Shown here: positions 59,813 to 64,000 of the stretch, in pieces
Layout of the letters: every line of letters starts with the position of its first letter
Position numbering within the stretch: position 1 is the first letter of the stretch
From: Candidatus Poseidoniales archaeon
Lineage (GTDB): Archaea; Thermoplasmatota; Poseidoniia; Poseidoniales; Poseidoniaceae
DNA length: 64,000 bases
Assembly (NCBI GenBank): GCA_038106355.1
Contig: JAYODQ010000006.1
Coordinates: 6,628-70,627, forward strand
Direction: 5' to 3'
Translations under genes and position numbers: made by a program
The notes under the pieces: generated by a model
The model's database searches: none
What the model was told of the DNA's origin: nothing
What the model saw: only the letters and a program-made list of their open reading frames with translations

Positions 59813-61093
59813 ATGGAGGAGTCGCTTGGTCTACAACTTGGTCCCGAAGGAGAAGATTGGCGAGTTCCGGTTCAAGAATTAGAAACCAGACAACAACAGT
59901 TCGCGCATCTTCTTGCAGAACATGGCCTTCAGGGTGCACTTATCCACCATCCTATTGATCTCTATTACTTCACGGGAGGTCGACAAGATTCCACCTTTTT
60001 CATACCAGCCAAGGGGGCCCCCGGTTCAACCGAAGATGGTGGTGATGGACCGATAGCCTTTGTTCGTCGTTCGCTTCGTCGAGCCGTTTACGAAGCTGGT
60101 GGCGACAACGCACCGCATCGAATCGAGGATTTTGGTCGATTGTCACAATTTTCAGAGCGGTTGAAATCAATGGGTGTTTCTAGCAAACCATGTTTGCAGT
60201 ACGGCGAAATCCCGTCTGAATTTGGTAAACGGTTTGAAGCAGCATTGCAAGGACTCGAAGGCGAGTTCCAAGACACGACTTCTCTGGTTCATGCGATGAG
60301 GGAAGTGAAGTCGGAATGGGAATTGGAACAGATGCATATCGGAGCACAAGTCCAACGAAGAATGTTTGACACCATTGAAGCCGTTGGAGGCGAAGGGATG
60401 TCAGAACTTGACCTCGTCGCTGCAGCCGAAGCCATCAGTCGAAGCGAAGGATTTGGTGGCAATGTGCAAATGCGACGATACCCTCTCCAATGCGATAGAG
60501 GCGTGATTGTAGCAGGTAGAGCAGGCGGCGTCCCATCTTTTTTCGATTCGGCCATTGGAGGCGAAGGCCCTCATCCTCTGTCGGGCATGGGTTCGGGATT
60601 TAACAAGGTCAAAAGGGATGAACCAGTGCTCGTTGACCTTGTCCATGTTCATCGTGGATATGTTGTTGATACGACGCGCATCTTTGTCTCAGGTCGTTTA
60701 AACAATGTGTGGGAGGAGCGTCTTGATGATATGCTCACGGTCAAAAATACCGTCATTGATGTCCTTGACCAAGGTATGAATTGCAGCCAGGCTTGGGAAG
60801 AGGGTCTTGAGGTTGCTACCGAGTTAGGCCATGCTGACCATCTCATGGGTATGGCTCCTGACCAAAGTAAATTCCTAGGCCATTCCGTTGGTTTACAACT
60901 TGACGAAAGTCCGGTGATAGCCAAAGGCTTTGACCGTCCGCTTCCAATCAATGGGGTCATGGCCATCGAACCAAAAGTTGTCCATCCTCAAGGGTCAATA
61001 GGAACTGAAGATACGTGGGTTCGAACTCAAGATGGACTTGAGCCCATCACCGCTGATGCCGATTTGCCTTGGCTGATTCAATGGGATGCTTGA
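59813..61093 (+). CDS. Xaa-Pro peptidase (M24)
   Basis: Creatinase-like N-terminal domain; VKSEWEL, LVDL...GYVVDTTR, GHSVGLQLDESP, MAIEP, GTEDT. Confidence 0.88.
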   Translation: MEESLGLQLGPEGEDWRVPVQELETRQQQFAHLLAEHGLQGALIHHPIDLYYFTGGRQDSTFFIPAKGAPGSTEDGGDGPIAFVRRSLRRAVYEAGGDNAPHRIEDFGRLSQFSERLKSMGVSSKPCLQYGEIPSEFGKRFEAALQGLEGEFQDTTSLVHAMREVKSEWELEQMHIGAQVQRRMFDTIEAVGGEGMSELDLVAAAEAISRSEGFGGNVQMRRYPLQCDRGVIVAGRAGGVPSFFDSAIGGEGPHPLSGMGSGFNKVKRDEPVLVDLVHVHRGYVVDTTRIFVSGRLNNVWEERLDDMLTVKNTVIDVLDQGMNCSQAWEEGLEVATELGHADHLMGMAPDQSKFLGHSVGLQLDESPVIAKGFDRPLPINGVMAIEPKVVHPQGSIGTEDTWVRTQDGLEPITADADLPWLIQWDA

Positions 61094-61143
61094 GTCAAAT
61101 TCCCTCACCACATGGTTGAAAGAGAATACTCCGTAAGGCAACC

Positions 61144-61932
61144 ATGGGCGCAAAACCGTATGCACCAAGTCATATCGCAGCCGTTGCATCTTCCTTCACA
61201 TCGATGCGATTATCAGGTGAGGTTAAGGATGAGTTGGTGACCTTATTGCTTGGGCAGTTGGATGACTATGTTCCGGTGCTTGAACAAGAAACCCTCGCCC
61301 AGGACAGTGAACGTAAAACACTCGACGACCCATTTCGAACAAGACTCAATTATAATCGGACAAGGGAACATATGATCGACAGAATTCAATCGGTGGATTC
61401 CGTCGGCTCTGCAGCCGTGCAAGCAGGTATTGAACATCTCGAACAGTACCTTGCCAAGACGCTGCGATTTGCCCAAGAAGCGGCGGAACGAGACAGGGTC
61501 TCAACAATTAAGCCCCGACACCTCAAAGCCGCCCTCGTTCAAATGGAAGAACAAAACGATGAGCAACAAGAAGAATCCAGTGCATCGTTCGATACCGAAT
61601 TTGTCGCAGGGCAGGTTGGTGGCGTGGTGACGGCAACTACCATCCAATCTCTTGCGAGGTCGATGGCGAAAATGCCCGTCACCAAAGAAGCCGTAGAAGA
61701 ATTACTTGAAACATACACATTGGTGCTCGAGGAACTGGAAAGCGATATTCGTCAGCATGCTCAACTTGGCCGAAACCCGCAATTGTTCATCGAATCAATA
61801 CAGCGAATGAAGGGTTTGATGACACTTGGTTGGATTCGTTCAATGGTTTCCCGAGCTGCAAAGAATGCTGCAGAACAAGGAAAAAGAGCCATTGACATCG
61901 ATGATATTGTTCATCTCGACCCATTTGCATAG
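61144..61932 (+). CDS. Multi-histone-fold protein (three tandem histone folds)
   Basis: Three alpha1-L1-alpha2-L2 units: MRLSGE...ERKTL, DSVGSAA...RVSTIKPRHL, MPVTKEA...GKRAIDIDDI. Confidence 0.72.
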   Translation: MGAKPYAPSHIAAVASSFTSMRLSGEVKDELVTLLLGQLDDYVPVLEQETLAQDSERKTLDDPFRTRLNYNRTREHMIDRIQSVDSVGSAAVQAGIEHLEQYLAKTLRFAQEAAERDRVSTIKPRHLKAALVQMEEQNDEQQEESSASFDTEFVAGQVGGVVTATTIQSLARSMAKMPVTKEAVEELLETYTLVLEELESDIRQHAQLGRNPQLFIESIQRMKGLMTLGWIRSMVSRAAKNAAEQGKRAIDIDDIVHLDPFA

Positions 61933-61989
61933 TCCATTTTCCAATACAATGAAATAATGCCTTTGAATAGTTGAACGAGAGGTGCAGTG

Positions 61990-62520
61990 ATGAACTTCAT
62001 CGGGCAATCTGTACCAGAATGGTCATTGCAAGGTTTTGGACCAAGCGGAAGTCAAGAATATTCCTCGAAGGCATTGTTTGGAAACTGGTATGTCATCTAT
62101 TGGTACCCGAGAGATTTTTCCTCGGTATGCCCAACTGAAGTATTAGCACTGAATCGCCATCTTGAGGATTTTGAAGATGCAGAAGTGACCTTGTTTGGAT
62201 GTTCGCTTGATTCCATTGAAACGCATGAACGATGGGTTTCCCAACAGGATATTTTCCCTGAAGGTATTCATCACGTGCTTCTCTCCGATGTAGACGGTAA
62301 GGTCACAAAGTCATTTGATCTCATTCACGAAGCATCGGGTTTACCATGTCGTGGACTGGTGATTGTCGATGAATTTGGCAAGATTCAGCATTATTCCCAA
62401 AGTTCACTCATCGTTGGACGTCAACCGAAATCAATTCTTCGAATGGTTGAGGCCTTGAAATCAAATGGTCTTTGTTCGGCAACGTGGCAAAAAGGTGACA
62501 AACACATTGGTGAAGATTGA
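61990..62520 (+). CDS. 2-Cys peroxiredoxin (AhpC/Prx1-like)
   Basis: YPRDFSSVCPTE, SLDSIETHERW, RGLVIVD, resolving Cys in LCSATW. Confidence 0.9.
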   Translation: MNFIGQSVPEWSLQGFGPSGSQEYSSKALFGNWYVIYWYPRDFSSVCPTEVLALNRHLEDFEDAEVTLFGCSLDSIETHERWVSQQDIFPEGIHHVLLSDVDGKVTKSFDLIHEASGLPCRGLVIVDEFGKIQHYSQSSLIVGRQPKSILRMVEALKSNGLCSATWQKGDKHIGED

Positions 62521-62855
62521 TGATACAGATAGAACAATTTGATGAGAGTTCGTTGAATTCGATGCCTAAAATAGAACTTGCTGTGCTTGTTTTCGGTCGT
62601 AGCAATTGCCAAAATTGTTCCAATTGGCATGCTGAATTACGTCAAGCAGCGGCATCTGGAGATATACCAACGTGTAGAATTTTTTTGGTAAATCTCGATT
62701 CAGGCGTGGCTGAAGACCTAGCAGAATCGTATCGATGGGTCAACAATATCGATGTCCTGCCCATGAACATCATTCTCGTTCAAGGCGAGGTCAAAAAAGA
62801 ATGGGCTGGTGGCACCATCCAACAATTATCACACCGTCTTTCCCGCTATTTGTGA
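62517..62855 (+). CDS. Thioredoxin-like protein
   Basis: CQNC motif, VNLD, VLP cis-Pro loop; 4-bp overlap with the peroxiredoxin. Confidence 0.75.
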   Translation: MMIQIEQFDESSLNSMPKIELAVLVFGRSNCQNCSNWHAELRQAAASGDIPTCRIFLVNLDSGVAEDLAESYRWVNNIDVLPMNIILVQGEVKKEWAGGTIQQLSHRLSRYL

Positions 62856-62859
62856 TGGC

Positions 62860-63699
62860 ATGTCTGCTTCGACAGTGATGTTGTCCGCTGTTTTTGCAGG
62901 TGTCGTTGCAACGTTGGTGACCGTTGCCATCGAGAAGTGGGGCGGTGTTATCGGCGGAATTTTGGGAACTGTTCCTTCAACCATAGTACCAGCATCCATC
63001 GGAATGTACATGATTTCAACGCCTGAAGAATTTCTTGAAAGTATGGCTATTATTCCATTTGGTATGATGTTGAATGCTATGTTCCTCGGTGTGTGGCTCA
63101 TTTTACCTTCGAAGTTTCCGCATTCTAACCATCTTCTTGCAAAAACTACGACGTCATCCATCATCTTCTGGGTTGTATGCGGCTCAGCATTGTTTTTTGC
63201 TTTGGAATCACAAGTATTTTCGAACATTCCTCCACAACAACTCGGGTACGTCGGCTTCTTTGGTGTCTTTTGTGTTGCCCTTTACTTTAACATCAAACGC
63301 CTTCCCGCACCGGGGGGCCATCGTAAAGTTAGTCGACTCACGCTCTTCATTCGTGGCATCATGGCTGCTACTGCCATTGGATTCGCAGTGGCCCTATCCC
63401 ATCTTCATCAACCACTCCTTGCAGGTCTAGCCAGTGTGTTTCCAGCTATTTTCCTCACAACAATGGTTGCTTTGTGGCACGCTCAAGGTCCTTCGGTACC
63501 AAAGGGTGCTGCAGGCCCAATGATGCTCGGTGGGATGAGTGTGGCTGTTTTTGCTCTTCTTGCGATGGTTTGTTTTCCCCTTTTCGGGCCTTGGTTTGGA
63601 GCCATATCCTCATGGTTAGGGGCTATTGTGCTGTGGTCGGTACCTGCGTTTTTTGCATTACAAAAGTATAGAAATCGAGAGCACAAAAGTCTCGCATGA
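62860..63699 (+). CDS. Multi-pass membrane protein with internal duplication (DUF3147-like)
   Basis: About eight TM; paired motifs GGILGTVPST and AGLASVFPAI. Confidence 0.65.
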   Translation: MSASTVMLSAVFAGVVATLVTVAIEKWGGVIGGILGTVPSTIVPASIGMYMISTPEEFLESMAIIPFGMMLNAMFLGVWLILPSKFPHSNHLLAKTTTSSIIFWVVCGSALFFALESQVFSNIPPQQLGYVGFFGVFCVALYFNIKRLPAPGGHRKVSRLTLFIRGIMAATAIGFAVALSHLHQPLLAGLASVFPAIFLTTMVALWHAQGPSVPKGAAGPMMLGGMSVAVFALLAMVCFPLFGPWFGAISSWLGAIVLWSVPAFFALQKYRNREHKSLA

Positions 63700-63701
63700 C
63701 C

Positions 63702-64000
63702 TTACTCCTCTTTGGATGAACGGTCATCGTTGATGAGTCTCGTCCACCGCCCGGCTTCCGGTACACCTTCAATTTCAATGTGCACAGTTGTGATATGTTT
63801 GACACCTGAGATTTTTTTTCTCAATTCACTCAAGTCGTACAGGCAACAAGGACAGTGTGGCCTTGATGGTTTGATCACCAACTCAACTTCACCCTCGAAA
63901 GAAACCTGCATCCTCTGAACGACATCGATGGATGTGAGTGGTGCAACATCGTGAGGGTCCTTCCATTGCTGCAAGGTCTTGAAGACCTGGCGTTGAGCCG
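63702..64000 (-). CDS. DUF59/MIP18-like Fe-S assembly domain protein (5' end beyond the window)
   Basis: Frame open to the window end; LQQWKDP, IDVV, HCPCC. Confidence 0.55.
   Translation of the reverse strand, partial: AQRQVFKTLQQWKDPHDVAPLTSIDVVQRMQVSFEGEVELVIKPSRPHCPCCLYDLSELRKKISGVKHITTVHIEIEGVPEAGRWTRLINDDRSSKEE

Noticed and set aside
1-64000. CRISPR array, IS element, integrase or prophage
   Set aside because: No regularly spaced direct repeats, terminal inverted repeats, or recombinase/transposase/capsid motifs seen; intergenic spaces are mostly under ~200 bp.

Overview
Gene-dense archaeal chromosomal segment. RadA, archaeosine radical-SAM RaSEA, Fap7-type kinase, an A1-U72 initiator tRNA-Met, histone folds, giant membrane-anchored surface proteins and bacterial-type MaeB/Icd/RlmH/PabABC together point to Marine Group II Thermoplasmatota (Poseidoniales); this is inference. 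About 50 CDS and two tRNAs (Met-ini CAT, Thr CGT); no CRISPR array, integrase, transposase or prophage seen. Most content is housekeeping. The most unusual elements are: (1) a cbb3-oxidase subunit I (CcoN)-like membrane protein that appears to have lost all six heme/copper His ligands and carries two C-terminal EF-hands; (2) a single-chain protein with three histone folds; (3) a ~1170-aa helical protein ending in an apparently intact PIN RNase domain; (4) a surface protein with a cytoplasmic poly-Asp/Arg-block tail directly upstream of a Ca2+/H+ antiporter; (5) an AddAB-like helicase-nuclease pair in which both subunits show a four-Cys Fe-S signature; (6) a 2778-aa propeller/FN3 surface protein. 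All family calls come from motif recognition by eye, not database searches.
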